A DNA stretch of 64,000 nt from an uncultured Planctomycetaceae bacterium (lineage in GTDB: Bacteria; Planctomycetota; Planctomycetia; Planctomycetales; Planctomycetaceae): positions 256,001 through 320,000 of the forward strand of contig CAWFGE010000015.1 of NCBI GenBank assembly GCA_963815195.1, read 5' to 3'. Made by a program: the position numbers and the translations under genes. The notes below the pieces were generated by a model. It saw only the letters and a list, made by a program, of their open reading frames with translations, ran no database searches and was not told the DNA's origin. This document shows, piece by piece, positions 38,277 to 49,687 of this stretch (the first letter of the stretch is position 1; each line of letters opens with the position of its first letter).

Positions 38277-38812
38277 AGGACGGATTCTCCGGGAGACTCA
38301 CCAAGTTCGTCTATCGGAATCTGATAGACTTCTCAACCAATTATTTTGCACAAGGTCAGAGATTTCAAGGAGATATTGCCAACGAAGTTCTCAAATTGAG
38401 AGTCGCTCTACGATGTTCCGAGAGACCGTTTTTTTCGGCGGTCATGAAAGCCGAGTCGGCCTGGGACATTGTGTTTGGCGTGCTGCATTTCTTCAACTCG
38501 GGAATATGCGGTTTGACTTTGCCGCGAGGGCTCATCCCGTTTTGGTGGCATGGCGCAAACCCGAATCGTTTGCTGCAAACGTTTTAACAGTCACAACTTG
38601 CGACATGCACTCGCCTTGATTGTTTTTGGCATGGTCGTGTCCACAACCAATCCGATTTCAATTAACTGGCTGCGATTGTAGGGGGAAATGGTTCCGGCAA
38701 TATTCGGAAAGCGGCGAGGCGGACATCGACGTCAAATGGAACCCACTGTTGGGGCGCGATTTTGAACCTTTACCGATGAGGAGGAGGTATGCGGGTTTGT
38801 TTGCTTTTTCAC

Positions 38813-40067
38813 CAGGGCCATCGCCTATTTCACAATACCGAGGAGAGTGAAGAGGCGTTGAGAATTCCGTGTGAAGCTGCGGATTTTAGCGGCGATGTTG
38901 TCGGTTCCCAGTTGGCGGAGCCAGTTCAGGGCGGCATTTCGGAACGCCGCCAGGTTCTCAGGTGCGTGGCCCCGAAAAATCGTGCAGCGATCTTCGTCCA
39001 TCGTCGTGTCTCGAACATGATGCACTCCGTTCTCGATGGCTCCCCAGTGTCCGCGTGACAATTTCAACAACGTCGCGGCATCGGCCTGGCTGGGTTTGAG
39101 AGACGTCACGAAGTAGGCGATTTCGTGTTGCCTTTCCTCGCCGATCTGCCGCGTGCGTTCAATCCGGCAAACTTGGCCGACGTGGGGCCAATCCAGATGA
39201 TCATTCAGACCAATCGTACGGGTGAGTTCTCGCGTCTCCACCCGCCCATGTCCCTTCTCCACTTGCCGGATGGTTTCACGCTCCGCCTGCCGCTCTTTTT
39301 GCGCCCAAGGGGGAAAAAGCCGCCTCACTGGCGGCGAACTCATGCTGGATGTCTCGAAGCAAATTGGGCTGATTCTCTTTCACCTGAAAGAAATAATCGC
39401 CCCCGGAATCGACGATCTCCTCGCACAAATCCCGCTGACAGAAGATCGCATCGCCCGTGACGACGCGTCCCTCCCACACGAGGGCTTTCAACAAGTCGAA
39501 TGCGGCTTTGTGTTCGTTGGTCTTGGCATCAACCGGCAACTGAGACAACACGCAACCGGTCTGATGATCCACCGCGGCCAGCAAATGCACGGCGGGCGAA
39601 AAGTCTCGCAGCGTGCCGCACAAGGTCTTACCGTCAAACGCCACGCCCTGGAGGGTTTCCTGGTCGGCGGGAAGTTTGAGTTCCTCGGTGATCCATCGTG
39701 TGAGGATGGCTTCGAGAACCTTGGGATCGAGTTTCATCAACAGATCGCGAAAGCCATCTTTTTGGGGAGGCCTCCGCGTAAAGCCCATCGCATGCCAGAT
39801 CTCAACCGACTGATCATGCAACCATTCGACAATGCCTGTCCACCCGCGATGACCGCAGAGAAAGGCACAGACCACGGCCGTCAGCATAGCCGCTAAAGGA
39901 TGACGCCGTCCCTTACGCCCGCGTGGATCAGGAACTTGCACAAATAGGCCAACAAGCTCCCGGCGCGAGCCGGTTCCATCGAAAGTCCTCCTTGCAGAGA
40001 AAAACGTGCTCCTTAAACCCAATGTAAGTTTACCAGACCAGTCAACCCCAACAAGGCGATTACCCTG
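38813..40067 (-). mobile_element. ISAs1-family IS (transposase in two frames, 39276-40022 and 38825-39343)
   Basis: TIRs cagggccatcgcct / aggcgattaccctg; 10-bp TSD gctttttcac (38803-38812, 40068-40077); DPR-RKGRRH-L, FDGK, TGDA, VKENQP, GHGRVETR, HW-AIEN--H-VRD. Confidence 0.93.
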
Positions 40068-40179
40068 GCTTTTTCACCTGGCAGTATGGACAGATTCTGG
40101 CTGGATGTCTACAGTGGGGGTTCCCGATTCCATTGTCCTTTCTTCCCGCTGATCTTTGAAATGCTGGGAGCTTTTCATG

Positions 40180-40920
40180 CCGAGTTCGGAAAGTAGCTTC
40201 TCGTCAGGTGACAGCCTCTCTTCGGAAAGCTCTCCCAGCAGTGAATCTTCGGAAAGCTCTCCCAGCAGCGAATCTTCCGCAAGCAGTTTCTCTTCGGAAA
40301 GTTCGGCGAGCAGTCGGTCCTCAAACAGCAGCGAATCGTCGGCCAGTTCTGAGAGCAGCCTCTCTTCGGAAAGCTCTCCCAGCAGTTCGTCTTCCCCGAG
40401 CAGCGAATCGTCGGCCAGTTCGGCGAGCAGCGCGTCCTCCGCGAGTAGCCTCTCTTCGGAAAGCTCTCCCAGCAGTGAATCCTCGGAGAGTTCCCCGAGC
40501 AGTGAATCCTCGGAAAGCAGCCCCTCCTCCGCAAGCAGCGAATCCTCGGAAAGCTCCGCAAGCAGTGAATCCTCGGAAAGCAGTTTGTCTTCGGAAAGCT
40601 CCGCAAGCAGTGAATCCTCGGAAAGCAGTTTGTCTTCGGAAAGCTCCGCAAGCAGTGAGTCCTCGGAGAGTTCCCCGAGCAGTGCATCCTCGGAAAGTAG
40701 CCAGTCCTCGGCAAGCAGTTCCTCTTCGGAGAGTTCCCCGAGCAGTTTATCTTCCTCAAGCAGCGAATCGTCAGCCAGTTCGGCGAGCAGCGCATCCTCC
40801 GCGAGCAGCCTCTCCTCGTCCAGTAGTTCGTCCTCGGAGAGTTCCCCGAGCAGTGCCTCCTCGTCAAGCAGTTCGTCGTCCTCCAGCAGCGAATCGTCGG
40901 CCAGCAGTGAGTCCAGTCTT
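40180..40920 (+). repeat. Low-complexity tandem repeats encoding a Ser/Glu-rich tract (~250 aa)
   Basis: Recurrent tcttcggaaagctctcccagcagtgaa / SSESSPSSES units. Confidence 0.9.
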
Positions 40921-43900
40921 GTCGAGTTGTGCCAATCGACGGGGCCAAGGCGTCCCGGCAGTTCGTGCCGACTGCCGGAAACGCCTACCGACTCTTGTAC
41001 CACCTCGTGTTCGAGTTGCGATTCGGAAGCCGATGGCGACTCGACCCAATCGGAGGGCAGTTGCGGATGCGATGACGGCATCACCTGCGAGCCGCCGCCG
41101 TTGATCTCGCTGGAGAGCGAAACCTCAGCCGATGCGGAATGCCTGCCTCCGGCGGATACCTCGGACGATCAACTGGATTCGATCCGGAATCTGGGACGGT
41201 GCGGCAATCTCTGGGTCGATGTGGGAACCGGGGCGGTCAGTGCCGGGTACGGGCTGCCGACCGGGGCCAGTTTCACTCCCGACTTGGGGATGTTTTACAA
41301 TTCGCAATCCTCCGAACCCGGCGGTTGGACGGGATCGTTTGAGCGGTATGTCGAAGAGCTCGACAATGGGAATGTGATCCTTTTCCTGGGAACCGGCGAG
41401 GTCTACTGTTACGAATGGGATGAAAACTCGGGAGAATACGTGCGGCCCGATGGAGCGCCTGGCGAACTCACGCAATCGACGAGCCCGCCCGGTTGGACGG
41501 AATCCGATGATGACGGCAACGAGTTTCATTACACGCAGACAGACAGCCTGGGTTTGTTGTCTTCCTTCACCAACGGGGCGGGGGCCACCTGGAATGTGAC
41601 GACCGACGCCAATCACAACATTACGCAAATCGAAAACCCCGCCGGCGAAGTCACGACCTTCACCTACGATGAAGCGGGGCGATTGACCAAAATCACCGAA
41701 CCCGGCGGACGCGAAACGACCTTTGAGTACGATGGCGACAACCTCAGCAAGATCACAGGACCGGACCTGTGCGTTACGGAATACGAGTACGATGCCCAGG
41801 GGCGGTTGACAGGCCAAGTCAACCCGAATGGGGGACGCTCGACCCTCACATACGATGCATCGGGAAATGTGCAGACTTGCACGAACCCAGCGGGAAATAC
41901 GACGACCTATTCGTTCGATCTGTCGTCCGTGAGCATCACCAACCCGGAAGGTAAAACCTCCCAAGTGGAACTCAACCCGGACGGCAGCGTGACCAAGCTG
42001 ACCGATCCACTCGGTAACGAAACGAAGCTGACCTGGAACGACAAAAAACAGGTAGCTTCGTTGGAAGATGCGATGGGACGGCGGACGAGTTACACCTATG
42101 ACGGGAACCAACTCAAAACCGCCACTCGCCCTAACGGGACAATCTCCACCTACACTTACAATGCGAACAAGCGTCTCACGGGCCTGAAACTTCCCGGTCA
42201 AGGCGTGTATACGGTTCTGCGTGACAGCAACGGGCAACGAATCGCTCAGATCGATCCGCTCGGCAATCGAAGTTCCATGACCTATAACGCCAAGGGGCAA
42301 CTCAAATCGGTCACGAATCCGCAAAACGAAACCATCACTTACGTTTATGATGCCAGCGACCAACGCGCGGCCCGCATCAATCCTTTGGGCGAGCGGCTGA
42401 CCTATTCGTACAACAGCAACGGGGTTTTTCAGGGCACGGTTTCGCCCTTGGGAGCCCGGACCACGTTGATCAAAAACGATCTGAATCTGACCACTGTGTC
42501 CATCAATCCGCTCGGGAACCGCACGAGCTACACCTACGATGCCAACGGCAACCGCTTGACCTCCACCAACCCCCTCGGCCACACCTCCGAGACAATCTAC
42601 AACCCAGGCAACCGCCCTCTGGCCCACATCGACCCGCTAGGGAACCGCACCAGTTACACCTACAACGCGGTAGGTCGTCTCCGCCGGAAGGAAAATCCCC
42701 TCGGGAACATCACGACCATGGCCTATGATGCGGCCAATCGCCCCGTGGCTCGCATTAATCCGCTCGGTCAGCGGAGCACCACCATCTACGACGAGAGCAA
42801 CCTGCCCATCGCTCAGATCAATCCCGCCGGGGAACGCAGCACGACGGTCTACGATGACGACTACCGCGCCATTGCCCAGGTGGATCCGTTAGGAAATCGC
42901 AACACCACGATCTACGACAACAACAGCAACCCCATCGCCCAGATCAACGCCCTCGGCAACCGCAACACCACGATCTACAACAAGAACAACCAACGCATCG
43001 CGAGCCTCAACACCCTCGGCAACCGCAACACCACCGTTTACGACTCCAGTGGGAGGCCTCTCGCGCAAATCAATCCGGAAGGCGAAAGAACCACCACCGT
43101 CTACAACACCGCCGGGCAAAGCGTGGCGAGCATCGACCCACTCGGCAATCGCAACACATCGGTCTACGATCAAGACGGCCGAACCATCGCCTCCGTCAAT
43201 CCGCTCGGGAACCGCAGTACGACCGTTTATAACGCCGCCAACCAGGCGATTGCCAGTATCGACCCGCTCGGCAATCGTAACACCACGATCTACAACGCCG
43301 TCGGCCGATCTGAAGCCAGTATCAACCCCCTCGGCCACCGAACCACGACTATCTACGACACCGCCGGTCGCACCATCGCCAGCGTCGGTGCCCTCGGCAA
43401 CCGCAACACCACGATCTACAACGCTGCCAACCAAACCGTCGCCACAGTGGATGCCCTCGGCAACCGCACCAGCAGTACCTACAACGCCGCCGGGCAAGGC
43501 GTGGCCAACATCAACCCGCTCGGCAATCGCACGACCACGGTTTACGACACCGCCGGTCGCCCCGCCGCGAATCTCGATCCTTTGGGCAACCGCACCACGA
43601 ATGTCTACAACGCCGCCAGCCAGGTGATCGCTTCGGTCGATCCCTTGGGAATTCGCACCAGTAGCATCTTCAACGCGACCGGGCAAACGATCGCCAATAT
43701 CGATGGCGAAGGCCACCGCACCACCTCCAGCTACGACGCCGCAGGGCAACAAATCGCAACCGAAGACGCGCGCGGAAACCGGTCGACCACGATCTACAAT
43801 GCCGCTGGAAATACAATCGCCCAGGTCGACGCTCTCGCCAACCGCACGAGCCTTACCTACGACGCAGCGGGGAGGAACATTGCAACGACGAATGCCAACG

Positions 43901-45357
43901 GCGAATTGTCTACGATCGTCTACGACACCGCTAGCCAACCGATTGCCTCCATCAATCCACTGGGGAACCGCAGCACGACGGTTTATGACGATGCGTCCCG
44001 GCCCATCGCCTCGATCGACCCCTTAGGCCACCGAAGCACCTCCCTCTACGATGCCGCCGGGCAAACAAAGGCGGTGGAAAATGCTCTCGGCTATCGCACC
44101 AGTTTCAGCTACAATGCCAATGGTGCCCAAACGGGCAGCCTGGATGCCAACGGGAATCGCAGCACCAACATTTACGATGCCGTTGGTCAGACCATCGCGG
44201 AGATCAATGCTTTGGGCAATCGCGTGACGACCGTCTTCGATGCGGCCGGGCAAACCAGCGCTCTCGTGGACCAACGCGGCAATCGGCACAGTTTCACGTA
44301 CGATGCCGCCGGAAACAAAATCGCCCAAATCGACCCGCTAGGCCGTCGAACGACCCAAGGTTACGACAACGCCGGCCGCCAAACCCTCCGCATCGACGCC
44401 CGTGGCAACCGCACCACCTACGTTTACGACAATAACGATCAAGTCATCGCTCGCAAATCTCCGAACGGTATGGCCGCCACCTTCGCATTCGACCCCGTCG
44501 GTAACCGAACCCTCATGCACGATGCCACGGGCCGTTACAGCTACAGTTACGATGTGGTCAATCAGACGCTGGTGAATCAGCAACCCAACAACAAGACGAT
44601 CAGCTACGCCTACGATGCCATCGGTCAGCGTTCCGGGATGATCGACCCCGATGGCGGTCGATTCACGTATCAATACGAAACCGCCGGGCAGATCAACGCT
44701 CTTGAGAACCCGTGGAGCGAACCCACAACCTTTGCTTACGACGCCGCAGGCAGGCGGATGCTCAAGAAGTTAGCAAACGGCACACGGGCCAGCTTTACCT
44801 ATGACGACGCCAACCGGCTCACCGCGCTTTACAACCTCAAGAGCGACAGCAGAGTCATATCCAGTTTCGACTACCACTACGACAACACCGAAAACCGCAC
44901 GCATGTCGTGGAAGCCAATGGCGACCGGGTGACGTGGAGTTACGATAAGACGTATCAACTCACGGCGGAGCAACGTAGCGGGGCCAACGCCTACGCCCAC
45001 ACCTTCAGCTACGACCCGGCAGGCAATCGTCTCGTTAAGAATGAAGAAACGGCTAGGACCACGTACAGCTACGATGCCGCCAATCAGTTGCAGACCTCCG
45101 TCGACGGAACCGGTACGACGACTTACACCTTCGATGCCGATGGGAATCAGCAGATCGTCGAAGCACCAAACAATGACCGCACAACGACCGTTTGGGATTA
45201 CGAGAATCAGCCGACAAAAGTTTCACTACCAAGTGGCACGATAAACACTGCGAGCTACAACGCTGATAAGTTCCGGATTGAACTCGAAGAATCGACCGGG
45301 ACCAAACGATTCGTGTGGGATGGCCAGCAATATCTGCTAGAAACGGATGGAAGTAAC

Positions 45358-47041
45358 CTAACGCGGCCTGATGGCCGCAACCAAAAAGGTGTCTGGCAAA
45401 ATTGACGTCCTCCAGTCATGTTGGTGTTGTCAGACCGCCAACTGCTGGAGGACGCCAGGATGTTTGCTTCGAGTTTTGTTTCCAAGTTTTCTCAACAGAT
45501 TGTAACCAGTTTGAACTGTTTTGATCGAGTGATTTTCAAAGGCCATTTGCCGTTTTGGAACGACAAACGCTTGAACGACTTCGTGGACTATGCCTTGAAG
45601 ATCAAGCGGAAGGACTTTCTGCCCCGACTCAAACAGGAATCGGAGCGGTTGGTTGATCACGCCAAAGCCGTGGCGGCGGAAGCCGGCCGGCCCTACCTGT
45701 ATCGCCAAGGCAAGTTCAAGAAGGAACCGTTCATTCAGAACCTGATTCGAAAGGACAAATTGGCCGAGGGATTGGTGGCCGTTTTGTGCGTGCAGGAAAC
45801 CTGTAAAACGGTGGCTCTGGCGTATGGCCAGCGAAAGCCCAAGCTTTCCTTCAAACGCCGGCCGCAACGGGTGATCTACTATTACTATCTGGACCGGAAG
45901 TTCGGCTTGATGCACATCCGCCTGGAGACCTGGTTTCCCTACGGCATTCAAGTCTACGTCAACGGCCACGATTGGCTGGCCCGAAAGATGCAGAAGGCGG
46001 GGCTGGGTTTCGTCCAAAAAGACAACGCCTTTATCGAATTGGAAAACCCCAAAGCCGCTCAGAAAATGGCCGACCGCTTTGCCCAACTCAACTGGGTCAA
46101 GCAACTGGCCGGATGGGCTCGGCAGGTCAATCCCGTGGTGGGGCCCGACGGCTTTTTGAGCGATCACACCTACTACTGGGTCATCGACCAGGCGGAATAC
46201 GCCTCGGACGTTCTTTTCGCCGACAAAAAATCGCTCGGCGAACTTTATCCACGGCTGATCGATCACGCCGTGGTCAGTTTCTCGGCTAGTGACATTCTCA
46301 CGTTTCTGGGCCGAAAACTTCATGGCAACTTCCAAGGGGAAGTTCTGACCGATGTCAAGAAGAAGCGCGATCCGGGGGCGCGGGTCAAACACCGGATGAA
46401 AGACAACTGGCTGAAGATGTACGACAAGTTTGGCCAAATTCTCCGCGTGGAAACGGTGATCAACCAGCCGCGTGAGTTCCGCATCTACCGCGAGGGGATG
46501 CGGAACGGCGAGCCCCAAATGGTGTGGGCTCCCCTGAACAAAGGCGTCGCGAATTTGCCGGAGTATCAACGGCACGCGAAAGCCGCGAACGAACGCTACC
46601 TCAATGCCTTGTCGGTGGTGGACGATCCCGCTCCCGCGTATCACGAGGTCGCCAAACTGGCCGAAGCGAAAGTGCATCAAGGTCGAAGCTACAAAGGGTT
46701 CAATCCCGCGCGGCGGGAGGACGTGCGGTTGTTCCAAGCGGTGATGGCGGGCGATCACTTGCTCAAGGGCTTTCGGAATGCCGACATTCGAAAGTTTTTG
46801 TGGGGGCTTCCTTCGGACCGCAATCGTCAACGGCGAGAGGCCAACGCCGTGACGCGGTTCCTGAAACGCCTGCACGTCCGCAAGCTGATTGCAAAGATCC
46901 CCCGCACCCGCCGCTGGCGAACGACGGCCCTTGGTCAAAAACTGTTGGGAACAATGATCCAATTGCATTACCACGGACTGCCCTTGGCAGCCTAAAAACA
47001 TACGCGCAACGTGCGCAGAAGTGACAAAGTCAGACTCTAAC
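45358..47041 (+). mobile_element. Unclassified 1679-bp IS-like element, copy 2, inserted in the Rhs gene
   Basis: ctaac at 45358-45362 and 47037-47041; removal restores Rhs ETDGSNLTQAVWTNEP. Confidence 0.92.
45418..46995 (+). CDS. Putative transposase of the unclassified element (copy 2)
   Basis: Identical protein to 30901-32478. Confidence 0.8.
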   Translation: MLVLSDRQLLEDARMFASSFVSKFSQQIVTSLNCFDRVIFKGHLPFWNDKRLNDFVDYALKIKRKDFLPRLKQESERLVDHAKAVAAEAGRPYLYRQGKFKKEPFIQNLIRKDKLAEGLVAVLCVQETCKTVALAYGQRKPKLSFKRRPQRVIYYYYLDRKFGLMHIRLETWFPYGIQVYVNGHDWLARKMQKAGLGFVQKDNAFIELENPKAAQKMADRFAQLNWVKQLAGWARQVNPVVGPDGFLSDHTYYWVIDQAEYASDVLFADKKSLGELYPRLIDHAVVSFSASDILTFLGRKLHGNFQGEVLTDVKKKRDPGARVKHRMKDNWLKMYDKFGQILRVETVINQPREFRIYREGMRNGEPQMVWAPLNKGVANLPEYQRHAKAANERYLNALSVVDDPAPAYHEVAKLAEAKVHQGRSYKGFNPARREDVRLFQAVMAGDHLLKGFRNADIRKFLWGLPSDRNRQRREANAVTRFLKRLHVRKLIAKIPRTRRWRTTALGQKLLGTMIQLHYHGLPLAA

Positions 47042-47480
47042 ACAAGCGGTATGGACCAACGAGCCAGACCAATACACCAACCTCATCTCTCAACGCCAAG
47101 GAGGAACGACCCAATATCCCAATTTTGAAGCCCTGGGATCAACGTGCGAACTGACTGACAGCAACGAATCAGTCACCGATACGTGGGTGTACGACGCGTG
47201 GGGAAATGTAAAATCTCGGACGGGCACGACGATTTTTCCACTACAGTTTGTTGGACAACGTGGATACAGAATTGATATGGATACTGAGGTGTATTATATA
47301 GTCAAACGACTACTGAATCCCAAGATCGCACGTTGGTTGTCATTTGATCCACTTGGCCTCGCTGTTTTTCCACAAAATCTATATTCTTATGTTTCAAATC
47401 GCCCCATTTTATCCATCGATCCGTCTGGTGAGAAGATTCTCATTTGGGGGTTTGAGGGGTTTTTGGCAGCGGGGACTAAG

Positions 47481-48973
47481 TTCGAGTTTCGCACATTTTG
47501 GAGTGAAGATTTGTCTCGATAAAAGGCGGCCTGCCGTGCAGAATCTAGGAAAGGAAAACGCCTGGATTCTGAAACTCACGGAGGCCGCACATGGAAGGTA
47601 TCACAACGTTCATGGTTTTGCTCGATGTTTTTCAACCGGTTTTCACTCAGCCGAGTTTCGCCACGTTTCGTTTGTTGATGACGGGCTGGATTCTCTCGCA
47701 TCGGCATCGCTACGTCACCGATTTGATTCTCTCCAGCGACTCGGTCGGCAACGGCCACTTTTCCGATTACCACCGCTTCTTCAGCCACGCGAGTTGGAGC
47801 ATCGACCAGCTTTGGCGATTGCTGGCGGGACTGTTGATCAAAGGCTTGATCGGCTCCGACGCCGTGATTTTGCTGGCGGGCGACGACACCCTCTGCCGCA
47901 AGCGCGGACTGGGTTTGTTCGGCGTGGGCATGCATCACGATCCGCTGATTTCCTCGAAGGCCAAGAAGCTGGTGAGCTGGGGCCACGATTGGGTGACACT
48001 GTGTCTGGTGCTCGTAAAACCCTGGTGGGCGCCCACCAAAGTGTTCGCGTTGCCGATCTGCATGCGGTTGTATCGCAATCGGCAAGGGCTGACGAAGGGG
48101 AAGAAGAAAAAGCTCACGAAGCCCAAAGCGAAAAACCCGAAGCACCGCACGCGACCGGAACTGATGCGCGAAATGCTGAAACTTGTGGCGGGCTGGTTTC
48201 CCGAGCGGCAGTTCTTGTTCGTGGGTGACAGTCTTTACACTGGCGAGAGCGTGCTGCGTTACCTGCCCGAGAACACGCATATGATTGGTCAGGTGCATCC
48301 CCAAGGCGCGATGTACGAACCTGCGCCGGAGAAAAAGCCCGGTCGCGGCGCCGCGCAAAAAAGGCGCGCGGCTCTCCACGAAAGAGGAGTGGGCCAACGA
48401 CGGTTCCGCCTGGACCCGGTTGACGTTCAACCAGTACGGACTGCACACGACACTCGAGGTCAAGACCCGCCAGGGGTTGTACTACAAAGCCGGCAAGGAC
48501 CGCTTGCTCACGTTCGTATTGACACGCGACACCCAAGGCAAGCGCCCGATGCAAATTTTCTACTGTACCGATTTGACGAGGGACGCGCGCAGCATCCTGT
48601 CCGCCTATGCTTGTCGGTGGTCGATCGAAGTCACGCATCATGACGCCAAACAGTATTTGGGTTTGGAAGACCCGGCCAACCGCCTGCCTCTGGCGGTGGA
48701 ACGCACGGCCCCGATGGCCATGTTCTTATATAGCTTGACCGTCTTGTGGTATGCCGAGCACGGCCACGCGCATGTGCGGTTTCCGAACCGTCCTTGGTAC
48801 ACGCGCAAGCGCGAGCCGAGTTTTGCAGATATGCTGACCACACTCCGCCGCTTAACCTGGGAAGAGAAATTATCGACAGTGCCGCCAGGCAGCAGTCTCC
48901 AAAATAAAAACATAAACCTGCTAACGTACCTGGCCACCCTCACCGGGTAACGCCGGAATGTGCGAAACTCGAA
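47481..48973 (+). mobile_element. IS701/IS4-like IS with frameshifted DDE transposase (47591-48950)
   Basis: Perfect 17-bp TIR ttcgagtttcgcacatt / aatgtgcgaaactcgaa; 5-bp TSD CTAAG; GDDT, GDSLY, Y--RWSIEVT--DAKQYLG. Confidence 0.9.
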
Positions 48974-49687
48974 CTAAGGGAAAGCTATCTGATGAAGTCA
49001 TAAAAGACAAATACAAACCAATAGCGCAGAATATTTTTGCTCCGGGAGACATTGAATTTACGATCCAAGGTCAGAAAGTTGGACAGGCGGGGCGACAAAG
49101 GGAAATAGCAAAGGAAATCATCAAGAAGGCGAAGACGCCTGAGCACGATGATCCTTGTTGCTTTCCCCGGATCGTACTCATTGGCTATAGTTGGGGTGGT
49201 AATACAGCGTCTAAAGTTCTGTCCTACATCGAACAGTTTGACCCTGGCGTCTCTGTTGACCTTGTGTTTACCATTGACCCCGTGGTCGGTGTGCCTTTAG
49301 CGCATGGCAGTTTTTTCCCACCTGCCCCTGGTGCGACTCAAGTAATTCCAACTTCATTCTGCAAATGGCAAAGCTATTTTCAGAGAACGGCCAGGCCACC
49401 CTTTGTCGCCTACCACGGTGACACGATGCGGCCCGCATCGAACGATGAGAAGACGAAAGCTGATTTCAACGTGGAGTTTAAGCGTCGGTTTGGGATACAA
49501 CCACAATGGAATGGCCATGTGTTGATTCCGCATTTCAAATCAATACAAAGCGATTGGCACAGAGATTTGCTCGATTTTATCAATTCTGGTTTGACAAAAG
49601 ACTCGCCTTCATTTTGTGGCGTGTCGGATGTGTGTCCTTGAATGAGTCCCATTTACTTTCAACGCGCAGAGCTGGAAAGGAATTCCA

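Larger units (their letters stand above)
40156..49641 (+). pseudogene. Rhs/YD-repeat polymorphic toxin with Ser-rich N-terminus and alpha/beta-hydrolase C-terminal domain, broken by two IS insertions
   Basis: YD/Rhs repeats; core YDAWGN...RWLSFDPLG...YSYVSNRP---IDPSG; CT with IGYSWGG; segments 40156-45362, 47042-47480 and 48979-49641 rejoin in frame (2102 aa). Confidence 0.92.

Noticed and set aside
40074..41084. Antisense ORF with EDSLLAELSED repeats
   Set aside because: Mirror of the Ser-rich repeat on the Rhs coding strand; no independent evidence
42500..44450. Regular ~63-bp periodic repeats that could suggest a CRISPR array
   Set aside because: They are degenerate 21-aa Rhs/YD coding repeats with no constant repeat/unique spacer pattern, and no cas genes are present
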